Positions 16,280 through 24,771 of a stretch of 32,000 bases of DNA are shown piece by piece. The first letter of the stretch is position 1; every line of letters starts with the position of its first letter. The position numbers and the translations under genes are program-made. Origin of the DNA: an uncultured bacterium (GTDB lineage Bacteria > Patescibacteriota > Gracilibacteria > UBA1369 > PNNO01); contig OY969931.1 of assembly GCA_963704705.1 (NCBI GenBank), forward strand, positions 360,001 through 392,000, read 5' to 3'. Below the pieces are notes generated by a model that saw only the letters and a program-made list of their open reading frames with translations, ran no database searches and had not been told where the DNA came from.

Positions 16280-17437
16280 ATGGAAGATTTTCGTACGATA
16301 TTAATATTAATGGTGGTTGTATGGGTAATGGGAAAGCTATTTAGAGCTATAAAATTACCTGTAATTTTTGGTGAACTTGCTGGAGGTATAATTGTGGGGC
16401 CTCTTGTTTTGGGTTTAATAAATCCCGATAGCCATACCATCAAGCTTCTTGCCGAACTTGGCGTTTTCTTTTTGATGCTTCATTCCGGGCTCGAAACTGA
16501 TCCCAGCGAACTTTTACAATCATCTAAAAAATCAATACTTGTAGCAGCAATGGGTATATTATTACCGTTTTTTGGAGGTTATTTTGTATCAATGGCATTT
16601 GGCAGATCTTTTGATGAATCGATATTTATAGCTATGGGACTTTCTATTACAGCAATTGCAATTTCAGCAAGATTGTTCAAAGAATATAAACTGACAAAAA
16701 CTAACACCGCACATATTACTCTTGGTGCAGCTTTAATTGATGACATTTTTGCGCTGATGATGTTTTCGATTGTTTTAAATATAGTTGAGACAGGAAATAT
16801 TGAGTTAATGCCTATTCTAATATTAATTGCTAAAGTCTCATTGTTTTTTGGAGTTGTTATTATCGGCGGATTCAAACTTCAAAAATATATTGGAAAGTTT
16901 TTAAGCAGCAAGGGATTTACATTTACATTAATAATTGCGCTTGCGCTTGGCTTAATTGCAGAAAGCATTGGCTTACATATGATAATCGGTGCATTTCTTG
17001 CCGGCTTATTTATTAGAGAAGAAGTAGTTGATTCAAAAATATTTCATAAAATTGAGGATAGGATATATGGCTTAAGTTACAGCTTTTTGGGTCCAATATT
17101 TTTTGCGAGTCTTGCTTTCCATTTGGATTTCACGGCGTTTACAGAAGCTCCTTTGTTTTTGGCTGCAATTTTACTTGTGGCAATATTAGGTAAAGTTATT
17201 GGAGCGGGAGGTGCAGCATATTTGCAAAAAGTTAATTTGAAATCTTCGCTAATCATAGGTTTGGCAATGAACAACAGAGGTGCAGTAGAACTGATCATTG
17301 CTTCAATTGGTATTCAAATGGGGATTATTGGTGCAGATGTATTTTCAATTTTAGTACTTATGGCTTTTGTTACAACTTTATTTTCAATTCTCACAATTAC
17401 TCCTTTAGCAAAAAAATTTAACAAACAATTATTATGA
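16280..17437 (+). CDS. CPA2-family cation:proton antiporter
   Basis: MVVVWVMGKLFRAIKLPVIFGELAGGIIVGP, LFFLMLHSGLETDPSEL and LAMNNRGAVELI are typical Na+/H+ exchanger family motifs. Confidence 0.9.
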   Translation: MEDFRTILILMVVVWVMGKLFRAIKLPVIFGELAGGIIVGPLVLGLINPDSHTIKLLAELGVFFLMLHSGLETDPSELLQSSKKSILVAAMGILLPFFGGYFVSMAFGRSFDESIFIAMGLSITAIAISARLFKEYKLTKTNTAHITLGAALIDDIFALMMFSIVLNIVETGNIELMPILILIAKVSLFFGVVIIGGFKLQKYIGKFLSSKGFTFTLIIALALGLIAESIGLHMIIGAFLAGLFIREEVVDSKIFHKIEDRIYGLSYSFLGPIFFASLAFHLDFTAFTEAPLFLAAILLVAILGKVIGAGGAAYLQKVNLKSSLIIGLAMNNRGAVELIIASIGIQMGIIGADVFSILVLMAFVTTLFSILTITPLAKKFNKQLL

Positions 17438-18009
17438 AAAAAACAATTGTATTAATTGCAGCTATAATGCTTTTTGCAGGCTGTACTACAACTCAAACAG
17501 ATGATACAGCCACGAATGATAAAACATTAACCGAACAAAAAATGCAAACCAATCGTCATGCAATTATCGAAACAAACATGGGAACAATGGAACTTGAACT
17601 CTTTGAAGATAAAGCTCCAATTACAACAAAAAATTTTATTGATCTTGCTGAAAAAGGTTTTTATGACGGTGTAATTTTTCATAGGGTAATTGAAGGATTT
17701 ATGATTCAGGGAGGTGATCCAACAGGAACCGGAATGGGTGGCCCAGGATATTCAATTGATGATGAATTCGGCCCTGGTTTAAAATTTGACAAAGAAGGAG
17801 TTTTGGCAATGGCAAACAGCGGCCCTAATACAGGCGGCAGCCAATTCTTTATTACTTTGGCGCCAACTGAATGGCTAGACGGACATCATGCTATTTTCGG
17901 ACAGCTTGTTAAAGGAATGGATGTTCTTGAAAAAATTGGATCTGTTGAAACAGATGCGCATGATAAACCTTTGGAAGATGTGGTTATGGAGAAGGTGACT
18001 ATTAAGTAA
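17434..18009 (+). CDS. Cyclophilin-type peptidyl-prolyl cis-trans isomerase, lipoprotein
   Basis: Lipobox LFAGC and cyclophilin motifs FHRVIEGFMIQGGDPTGTGMGGPG and GGSQFFITLAPTEWLDGHHAIFGQ. ATGA overlap with the upstream antiporter. Confidence 0.95.
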   Translation: MKKTIVLIAAIMLFAGCTTTQTDDTATNDKTLTEQKMQTNRHAIIETNMGTMELELFEDKAPITTKNFIDLAEKGFYDGVIFHRVIEGFMIQGGDPTGTGMGGPGYSIDDEFGPGLKFDKEGVLAMANSGPNTGGSQFFITLAPTEWLDGHHAIFGQLVKGMDVLEKIGSVETDAHDKPLEDVVMEKVTIK

Positions 18010-18451
18010 TTTGTAAGAATAGAAGCTGTAAAAGTGCTACGGCAACATTTATTAATATCATAATTATTGCTTGGATGATCATTAGTCCAATTGTTTTTAG
18101 GACACCAATATTGAATAACCTCATAATGAAAATGAAAAGAACTATTAATAAAATAGTTCCTACTGAAACAAGTATTAAGGATAAACCAGCAAAATCAATT
18201 AATAACATCATTAAAAATCCTAAAACACCTACTGTAATGCATTTATAGAATGAACTTGAAATTCCTAAAATTAATGTCCCAAAATATAAGGCAACTACTG
18301 AATCTGTAAAATTACTAATAATTACCATAGTTTTTATATAGGAAGGAATTGGATATGGTTCATTGAAGATTGCATAAGTGCTGTTAATTATTACAGCAGT
18401 AATGCTGATTAGTAAAAATATCCAGAATATGGTTTTTTCTTTATTCTTCAT
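18002..18451 (-). CDS. Hypothetical integral membrane protein
   Basis: Strongly hydrophobic 149 aa ORF whose start overlaps the end of folA by 11 nt. Confidence 0.6.
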   Translation of the reverse strand: MKNKEKTIFWIFLLISITAVIINSTYAIFNEPYPIPSYIKTMVIISNFTDSVVALYFGTLILGISSSFYKCITVGVLGFLMMLLIDFAGLSLILVSVGTILLIVLFIFIMRLFNIGVLKTIGLMIIQAIIMILINVAVALLQLLFLQIT

Positions 18452-18971
18452 TTTTTAGGATTAATAAAAAATCAAAATTGATACCTTTTTCTTCGCCTTC
18501 ACCGAGTTTTGTTGTTTTTGAAAAATGCTCAGGTACTTTTGGATAAAAAGCATCGCAATCGAAAACTTCGTTAACTCGTGTAATGTAAAGGCCTGTTAAA
18601 TCATCGCGGTGAATTGTGTGTTGATAAACTGAAGCGCCGCCGATTATATAAATTGTTTCAATTGAATCATCAGCGGATGCAATTGCATCTTCAATATTAT
18701 TAAATACTTCTGCTCCGTTTAATTTTAGGTTTGGATCTGTACTTAAAACAACATTAACTCTGTCTTTTAGTGGCTTATGGTTTGTGGGAATCGAATGCCA
18801 GGTAGTTTTGCCCATTATAACCATATTTTTTTTATTTGGGTCTTTTGTCTCGGTTGTAATGTCCTGAAAAAATTTCATGTCCTGTTTAAGATGCCATGGA
18901 AGCTGGCCATTTTTTCCTATTCCATGCTGATCATCAGCAGCGACTACGTGGTAGATTTTATGTTTCATCAT
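18441..18971 (-). CDS. folA: Dihydrofolate reductase
   Basis: [40 protein letters not shown] and IIGGASVYQ. Confidence 0.95.
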   Translation of the reverse strand: MMKHKIYHVVAADDQHGIGKNGQLPWHLKQDMKFFQDITTETKDPNKKNMVIMGKTTWHSIPTNHKPLKDRVNVVLSTDPNLKLNGAEVFNNIEDAIASADDSIETIYIIGGASVYQHTIHRDDLTGLYITRVNEVFDCDAFYPKVPEHFSKTTKLGEGEEKGINFDFLLILKNEE

Positions 18972-19783
18972 ACTGCAATTTTAAATTTTATAAATGGTTC
19001 GTGCTTGTAATTTTCAAGAGTAAAATCTTCGAGAGTGATTTCATCAAAAGGTTTTTTTGCGAGTTTAAGTTGTGGAAGTTTATGTGAAGTTCGTTTTAGC
19101 TGCTCTTCCAATCCTTCAATATGATTTTTATAAATATGTGCATCTCCAAGTGTATGTGTAAAGATTCCAGGCTCAAGATCACACTCCTGCGCAACCATAA
19201 TCATTAATGCGCTGTAGCTCGCAATGTTATATGGAACACCAAGCGCGATATCAGCACTGCGCTGATACAACTGACAATCTAATCGACCATTTACTACATA
19301 AAATTGAAAGAAAGCGTGGCAAGGTGGCAGAGCCATTCGCGGAAGATCAGCAGGATTCCATGCGCTTACGATAATTCTTCGGGATGTTGGATTGTTTTTT
19401 ATTAGATCGAGTGCCTGTGCGATTTGGTCAACGTGGGTCATTTTGCATTTGCCTGTTTCAGGGTCCTTTTCATATCGTTCCCATTTTCTCCATTGATAGC
19501 CATAAATCGGCCCAAGCTCACCGTTTTCGTCAGCCCATTCATTCCAGATTTTTGTGTGAGGAAGCAGGCCGTCGTTAATATTTGTTGCTCCTTTTAAAAA
19601 CCATAAAAGCTCACGAATAATATTTTCGATGCTAACTTTTTTTGTTGTAACAAGAGGAAATCCATCCCTAAGATCATATTTTGTCTGGGTTCCGAAAACC
19701 GAAAGAATACCGGTACCTGTTCGATCAGGCTTTTCTTCGCCGTTTTCTAAAACATGTTTTACAAGGTCCAGATATTGCTTCAT
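18968..19783 (-). CDS. thyA: Thymidylate synthase
   Basis: [47 protein letters not shown] and [13 protein letters not shown]-type overlap with folA. Confidence 0.97.
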   Translation of the reverse strand: MKQYLDLVKHVLENGEEKPDRTGTGILSVFGTQTKYDLRDGFPLVTTKKVSIENIIRELLWFLKGATNINDGLLPHTKIWNEWADENGELGPIYGYQWRKWERYEKDPETGKCKMTHVDQIAQALDLIKNNPTSRRIIVSAWNPADLPRMALPPCHAFFQFYVVNGRLDCQLYQRSADIALGVPYNIASYSALMIMVAQECDLEPGIFTHTLGDAHIYKNHIEGLEEQLKRTSHKLPQLKLAKKPFDEITLEDFTLENYKHEPFIKFKIAV

Positions 19784-19839
19784 GTTAAGTGGTTAGGCTG
19801 CTTTATATTAAAGGGTGGGATAGTGAAAGTAAAGTTTTG

Positions 19840-19861
19840 AAAGTGGTCCCGGTCCCACTTT
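19840..19861. promoter_or_regulatory. Hairpin/dyad in the thyA / DUF763 divergent intergenic region
   Basis: AAAGTGG-TCCCGGTC-CCACTTT (7 bp arms) with an internal GGTCCC-GGTCCC duplication. Confidence 0.45.
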
Positions 19862-19938
19862 TAGTTAAATAACCACAATATTGCTATCTGTGCAACCTCC
19901 TTTGTCTTGCCATCTTCACTTAACCTGATATATTGGAA

Positions 19939-19956
19939 GGTGAGTGCGCACTCACC
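19939..19956. promoter_or_regulatory. Perfect 18-bp palindrome, candidate repressor operator of the DUF763-IMPase-umuDC operon
   Basis: GGTGAGTGCGCACTCACC equals its own reverse complement and lies 19 nt upstream of ATG 19976. Confidence 0.65.
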
Positions 19957-19975
19957 ATAAATAACTATTACAAAA

Positions 19976-21142
19976 ATGCGGCGAGGAATAGCAACAATGA
20001 CGCTTGATTACGGCAAATGTCCCAAATGGCTGTTCGAAAGAATGGTCAAACTTGGTCGTGAAATGATGCAGGTTTTAATTGCTGAATTTGGGCCGGATGA
20101 ATTTATTCGCCGTATTTCTGACCCTGTGTGGTTCCAGTCACTTGGAACTGTTTTGGCTTTTGACTGGAATGCAAGCGGCCTCACAACAATTTTGACTGCT
20201 GCATTAAAAGAAGCGGTTCGTGGAATGGAACGTCAATTGGGGATTTTTATTTGCGGAGGCAAAGGCAAAACTTCGCTTAAAACTCCTGACCAAATTACTA
20301 ATTGGGGAGCATGGCTAAGCCTGCCTGACCAGCATGTTAATAACCTTGTTTATAATTCAAAGATGAGCGCAAAGGTTGATACAGCCCTGATTCAGGATGG
20401 ATTTGATATTTATCATCATGCTTTTTTCTTTTCGAAAAATGGTGCATGGGCTGTTATCCAGCAGGGAATGAATAAGGTTAAAAAGTCGGCACGTAGATAT
20501 CATTGGTCATCTGACAGTGCAACTGATTTAATTGTTGAGCCTCATAAAGGGATTGTGTCGGACCCTTGGCAGCAAAAAACCCTGAATATGACTTCGCGTG
20601 ATTCCGAAGGCAATAAACAGCTTACAGTCGACATAATTTCAACCGGAAAATATTACAATTTAATGAAAGATATACAGATTTTAAGAAGACACTCGTCACA
20701 TTTGTCGCAAATGGTATCTATGAAGATTAATAAAGACCAGTTAACACTGCTTAATTTGGAGCATCGCGAATTCAAAACTCACCCTGTGATGACAGAAGAT
20801 TTTTCACGCAGCAAATATCTTGATAAAATTTTATGGAAGGTTTGCGATGAACAGCCGAGATCTTATGAATCACTTCTTGCAATGCCCGGAGTAGGACCAA
20901 AAACAATAAGAGCTTTATCGCTTGTTTCCGAGGTTGTTTATGGAGCGCCAGCTTCTTATAAAGATCCTGCGCGTTACAGTTTTGCTCATGGCGGTAAAGA
21001 TGCCACGCCTTATCCAGTTAACAGAAGGAGAATGGATAATTCAATTGAGTTTTTTAAAAAGGCTGTGGAAAAAACAGGATTTAGTTATACTGAAAAGAGA
21101 AATGCAATTAACCGTCTTAATAATCATGGACAAATACACTAA
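19976..21142 (+). CDS. DUF763 domain protein
   Basis: Recognisable DUF763 pattern RRGIATMTLDYGKCPKWLFERMVKLG...LIAEFGPDEFIRRISDPVWFQSLG...FDWNASGLTT...LGIFICGGKGK, with a C-terminal helix-hairpin-helix-like SLLAMPGVGPKTIRALSLVSEVVYG. Confidence 0.85.
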   Translation: MRRGIATMTLDYGKCPKWLFERMVKLGREMMQVLIAEFGPDEFIRRISDPVWFQSLGTVLAFDWNASGLTTILTAALKEAVRGMERQLGIFICGGKGKTSLKTPDQITNWGAWLSLPDQHVNNLVYNSKMSAKVDTALIQDGFDIYHHAFFFSKNGAWAVIQQGMNKVKKSARRYHWSSDSATDLIVEPHKGIVSDPWQQKTLNMTSRDSEGNKQLTVDIISTGKYYNLMKDIQILRRHSSHLSQMVSMKINKDQLTLLNLEHREFKTHPVMTEDFSRSKYLDKILWKVCDEQPRSYESLLAMPGVGPKTIRALSLVSEVVYGAPASYKDPARYSFAHGGKDATPYPVNRRRMDNSIEFFKKAVEKTGFSYTEKRNAINRLNNHGQIH

Positions 21143-21914
21143 ATTTGCTCTGCAAATAGCCAAAAAAGCCGCGACTCGCCTGATGAAGGATTTTAAAAAA
21201 TTCGATCCATCAACGCGCGGAACTCCAAAAGAAATCAAAACCCGCTTTGACGAAATTATTGATAAAATGCTGATTCGCGAAATTTCAAAAGAGTTCCCAA
21301 AGCATTCTTTGTTAACCGAAGAGTCAGGGTGGATTCCAAGAAGCGCTGATTTTTTGTGGATCATCGACCCTTTGGACGGCACAGGAAATTTTATGAATGG
21401 CAACCCGTTTTTTGCGATTTCTATTGCTCTTTGGATTAATGGAAAACCTCACTGCGGTGTGATCGAGGCTCCTGCACTTAACGAAACCTTTGTGGCGCAA
21501 GCAGGGGATGGCGCTTACTTTTACAGAGCCGGCCAAAAATCAAAAGCAACCTTAAGCAAAACTGTGGATCTAAAAAAAGCATATTTAACTTTTTGCGAAG
21601 GCGGAACAAAAGAGAAAAAGCGTGTTCTAAACTATGTTACGCAATTTTACGATCAGGTTAAAGATATGAGAAAGCTCGGCTCAGCAGCACTTGAATGCGC
21701 ATGGGTTGGAATAGGGCGCGCTGATGCTTACATAACTCCGTGCATTTCTTTATGGGATATTGCAGCAGGAATGATTTTTGTAAAAGAGGCTGGAGGCCGT
21801 AACCTTGATTTTAATTTAAAGCCTTACACGCCAAAACAGTTAATCGAAAACTGGGAATCCATTAACTTGGTCGCAGCTAATAAAGTGCTTAAATTAAACC
21901 AAATTAAATATTAA
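21126..21914 (+). CDS. Inositol monophosphatase (IMPase/FIG)-family phosphatase
   Basis: WIIDPLDGTGNFMNGNPFFAISIAL and WDIAAGMIFVKEAGG metal-site motifs. The track ORF starts at 20922, but residues before ATG 21126 read out-of-frame DUF763 sequence, so the start is moved. Confidence 0.9.
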   Translation: MDKYTKFALQIAKKAATRLMKDFKKFDPSTRGTPKEIKTRFDEIIDKMLIREISKEFPKHSLLTEESGWIPRSADFLWIIDPLDGTGNFMNGNPFFAISIALWINGKPHCGVIEAPALNETFVAQAGDGAYFYRAGQKSKATLSKTVDLKKAYLTFCEGGTKEKKRVLNYVTQFYDQVKDMRKLGSAALECAWVGIGRADAYITPCISLWDIAAGMIFVKEAGGRNLDFNLKPYTPKQLIENWESINLVAANKVLKLNQIKY

Positions 21915-22332
21915 AATTACAGACGTTTATTTAGCATCTTCAAAAAAAGGCAAAAAAGTGCCTGTGTATGCTGGTGTGGTTGCGGGGTTTCCTTCACCGG
22001 CAGATGATTTTCTGGAAGAAAAATTGGATCTTAATGAAAAGCTTATTCGTCATCCTGCCGCAACTTTTTTTGTTCGCGTAGCAGGCAATTCAATGATAAA
22101 AGCAGGTATTCATTCAGGAGATATGTTGATTGTTGATCGCTCTCTTGAGCCAAAAACAGGCAGCGTGGTTGTTGCCGTAGTTAATGGTGAGTTTACTGTA
22201 AAACGAATCAGCAATCAGGGTGATAAGCTTTATCTGATGCCTGAGAATCCGCGTTTTCAGCCAATTCAAATAACTGATGATTCCAATTTTCAGGTTTGGG
22301 GAGTTGTCACTAATGTAATTCATACAGTATGA
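21910..22332 (+). CDS. umuD: UmuD/LexA-like autoproteolytic S24 peptidase (track start GTG 21958; extended start suspected)
   Basis: Cleavage-site-like AGVVAGFPSPADDF, Ser motif VRVAGNSMIKAGIHSGD, Lys motif VVNGEFTVKRI. The extension KITDVYLASSKKGKK is open upstream of GTG 21958. ATGA overlap with umuC. Confidence 0.9.
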   Translation: MKITDVYLASSKKGKKVPVYAGVVAGFPSPADDFLEEKLDLNEKLIRHPAATFFVRVAGNSMIKAGIHSGDMLIVDRSLEPKTGSVVVAVVNGEFTVKRISNQGDKLYLMPENPRFQPIQITDDSNFQVWGVVTNVIHTV

Positions 22333-23594
22333 CTTTTGCGCTTGTGGACTGTAATAATTTTTATGCTTCTTGTGAGCGGGTTTTTAATCCAAAACTCGAG
22401 GGCAAACCCGTGGTCGTGCTTTCAAATAATGATGGTGTGATTATTGCGCGTTCAAATGAGGCAAAGGCACTTGGAATTAAAATGGCCACACCGATTTTTA
22501 AAGTTCAGGATATTATCGACCGCTACCATGTAAATGTTTTTTCATCGAATTATGTTTTGTATGGTGATATGTCACATCGTGTGATTTCGATTTTGCGCGA
22601 CAGCGCGTCTGAGGTTGAAGTTTATTCAGTTGATGAAGCGTTTTTAAAACTTGATGGTCTTCAGGAAGATCTATCAAAATTTGGCAGTGCAATACGCGAT
22701 AAAGTTAAGAAGTGGACAGGTATTCCGATTTCAGTTGGTATAGCGGAGACAAAAACCCTAGCAAAAGTAGCCAACGAGTTAGCCAAAAAAAATCCTCAAT
22801 ATCAAGGAGTTCTTGATTTTTCAGACCTTCGCGAAGATATGATAGACAAATATTTGGTGCAACTCGACATAAGTGATGTCTGGGGAATTGGCCGCAAGCT
22901 TTCTCCTATGCTGCGAATTCATGGAATAAAGACAGCTCGGGATCTTAAGTATGCTTCTGACCAGTGGATTAGAAAATGCATTAATGTTCTGGGCTTAAAA
23001 ACAGTTCATGAGCTTCGCGGCATACCATGCATTCAGCTGGAAGAAAATCCAGCTCCAAAAAAATCAATTGCAAGTACCCGTTCTTTTGGCAGGCCGGTTT
23101 TAAGTTTAACTGAACTCAAACAGGCGGTTGCCCTTTACTGCACAATAGCTTCGGAAAAGTTAAGAGAGGCTAGGCAGGTTGCATCCGCAATTCAGGTTTT
23201 TATCCATACAAATTTTCACAGACAAGATCAAGCTCAATATTCAAATTCAGCTGCAACAATGTTTCCTCGGCCAACTTCTCATACTCCAACAATGATTAAA
23301 TCTGCACATAAATTGCTGGAGCAACTTTACAAACCCGGCTATAAATACAAAAAAGCAGGAATTATTCTTACTAAACTTATGCCAAAAGATCAAATCCAGC
23401 TGGATCTTTTTAATGAACACAAATCAAATCCACGCAACGATCGCATTATGCAGACTCTCGATAAAGTAAACGCAAAATACGGCCGCAACACGCTCAGCCT
23501 TGCCGCACTAGGAATAACAAAACCATGGAAAATGAGGCAGCTTAGAAAATCCAAAAGGTTCACAACAAGCTGGCAGGAAGTGATTACGATATAA
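22329..23594 (+). CDS. umuC: Y-family DNA polymerase, UmuC (Pol V catalytic subunit)-like
   Basis: FALVDCNNFYASCERVFNPKLEGKPVVVLSNNDGVIIARSNEAKALG, YSVDEAFLKL, PISVGIAETKTLAKVANELAKK and DVWGIGRKL. Confidence 0.97.
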   Translation: MTFALVDCNNFYASCERVFNPKLEGKPVVVLSNNDGVIIARSNEAKALGIKMATPIFKVQDIIDRYHVNVFSSNYVLYGDMSHRVISILRDSASEVEVYSVDEAFLKLDGLQEDLSKFGSAIRDKVKKWTGIPISVGIAETKTLAKVANELAKKNPQYQGVLDFSDLREDMIDKYLVQLDISDVWGIGRKLSPMLRIHGIKTARDLKYASDQWIRKCINVLGLKTVHELRGIPCIQLEENPAPKKSIASTRSFGRPVLSLTELKQAVALYCTIASEKLREARQVASAIQVFIHTNFHRQDQAQYSNSAATMFPRPTSHTPTMIKSAHKLLEQLYKPGYKYKKAGIILTKLMPKDQIQLDLFNEHKSNPRNDRIMQTLDKVNAKYGRNTLSLAALGITKPWKMRQLRKSKRFTTSWQEVITI

Positions 23595-23639
23595 AAAAAG
23601 GCAGTTTTAAGCCGTGCCCGGGGCAACAAAGTGAATCGA

Positions 23640-23702
23640 TTAGCAGCATCCGCCTTTACAACATCCGCCACCTTTGCAACATCCTCCTTTAGAAATTAAC
23701 AT
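23640..23702 (-). CDS. Candidate 20-aa cysteine-rich microprotein MLISKGGCCKGGGCCKGGCC (not in supplied ORF track)
   Basis: Manual reverse-strand translation ATG TTA ATT TCT AAA GGA GGA TGT TGC AAA GGT GGC GGA TGT TGT AAA GGC GGA TGC TGC TAA. It has three spaced CC pairs with synonymous codon variation (TGT TGC, TGT TGT, TGC TGC). Downstream on the same strand is GGCACGGCTTAAAACTGCCTTTTTTT, a weak terminator-like element. Confidence 0.45.
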   Translation of the reverse strand: MLISKGGCCKGGGCCKGGCC

Positions 23703-23771
23703 ATTTAAGTTGGTTAATAATATATTTGTGTATGACAATATATCAAAATCCCATTAAATTTGCAATTGACT

Positions 23772-24296
23772 CTAAATTAAAACTACAGCGGACATGAAAA
23801 TTAAAAACCCTATGGTAAAAGCGAGTAATTTGGCATTAATCAGTTTTTTTGATTCTCTTTTTTGAATATATAAAATATCAATTACAAAAAGAATATAAAT
23901 TGCAGATAAAACACCGAGCCATATAAAATTATTTAAATAGAGTGAACCTGCAGCAAAAGTAACATTAAGTTGCGAAAGTATCAGACCTCCAATAATTAAA
24001 CTGATTAAATGAACCATTTGATCCAATAAAAACGGCAAAACATACGCTTTGCTTTTTTTGGTTAAATTGATTTTAGAAATATCCGTAATAAAGTGCACAA
24101 GACTAACGCCACCAATTACAGCCCAAGTTTGCCAAAAATCCAAATATGGAACTAAAATAATGATTGAGATAAGTGCAAAAATCATTACATGTACCAAAGT
24201 TCCAAAAGGTGATGCGTATTTCATTTTTAGCAGTCTGTTTGGCTGGAAAGTGAAATCCGCAAGGAAGTGTGCAACAATTAAATAAGTTATCGGCAT
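23772..24296 (-). CDS. DUF3307-family integral membrane protein
   Basis: YLIVAHFLADFTFQPNRLLKMK...LVHFITDISK and DQMVHLISLIIGG are typical of DUF3307. Confidence 0.75.
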   Translation of the reverse strand: MPITYLIVAHFLADFTFQPNRLLKMKYASPFGTLVHVMIFALISIIILVPYLDFWQTWAVIGGVSLVHFITDISKINLTKKSKAYVLPFLLDQMVHLISLIIGGLILSQLNVTFAAGSLYLNNFIWLGVLSAIYILFVIDILYIQKRESKKLINAKLLAFTIGFLIFMSAVVLI

Positions 24297-24307
24297 GAGC
24301 GTATTGG

Positions 24308-24760
24308 CTATTCATTAAAATCTTCATTGCGCATATTTTCTTTAATGCGACTTATGAACTCACTGCTTATTTGTTCGGCTAGATGTGGGTTTTCGTTAAT
24401 AAGTGTATAGAAATCGTCTTTTTTTAGTATGAAAATTTCAGATTCGGTTAATGTTTTTGCGCTGGCTATTCTTTCTGCCTCGTTTACCAAAGCCATTTCT
24501 CCAAAAAATGAGCCATCTGAAAGAGTGGCAAGTACTATTTGATCATATGGTTTGTCATCGTCACCCTGATAAATTCTAACCTGGCCTTTTTTGATAATGT
24601 ACATTGCCTCACCCTGTTCACCCTGTTTAAAAATTTGTCTGTTTGCAGGATAATACTCAAGTGTGATTTTTTGGCTTAGAAGTTCAATTGATTGAGGTGT
24701 GAGATCCCTAAATAAGGGGACCTGATTTATAATTGAAACAATTGGATTTATATCATTCAT
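24308..24760 (-). CDS. Stand-alone cyclic nucleotide-binding-domain protein
   Basis: IFKQGEQGEAMYIIKKGQVRIY and GSFFGEMALVNEAERIASAKTLTESEIFILKKDDF, the CNB phosphate-binding cassette. Confidence 0.9.
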   Translation of the reverse strand: MNDINPIVSIINQVPLFRDLTPQSIELLSQKITLEYYPANRQIFKQGEQGEAMYIIKKGQVRIYQGDDDKPYDQIVLATLSDGSFFGEMALVNEAERIASAKTLTESEIFILKKDDFYTLINENPHLAEQISSEFISRIKENMRNEDFNE

Positions 24761-24771
24761 TATAAGTCGCG

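Noticed and set aside
16579-16875. Minus-strand 98 aa ORF (also 16234..16443 and 17077..17298)
   Set aside because: Antisense to the CPA2 antiporter; the plus-strand product is unambiguous.
19868-19980. Minus-strand open frame reading ...ECALTFQYIRLSEDGKTKEVAQIAILWLFN* between thyA and DUF763
   Set aside because: It looks peptide-like but has no usable canonical start codon and crosses the perfect palindrome. Possibly a decayed gene remnant; too short to support as a feature.
20922-21125. N-terminal extension of the IMPase ORF (MFPRLFMERQLLIK...)
   Set aside because: This stretch is out-of-frame DUF763 coding sequence; the IMPase fold begins naturally at ATG 21126.
21041-21403. Minus-strand 120 aa ORF
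   Set aside because: Spans the junction of DUF763 and IMPase in antisense; both sense genes are supported by motifs.
23390-23671. Minus-strand 93 aa ORF
   Set aside because: Mostly antisense to the C-terminus of umuC; codon pattern and motifs support umuC only.
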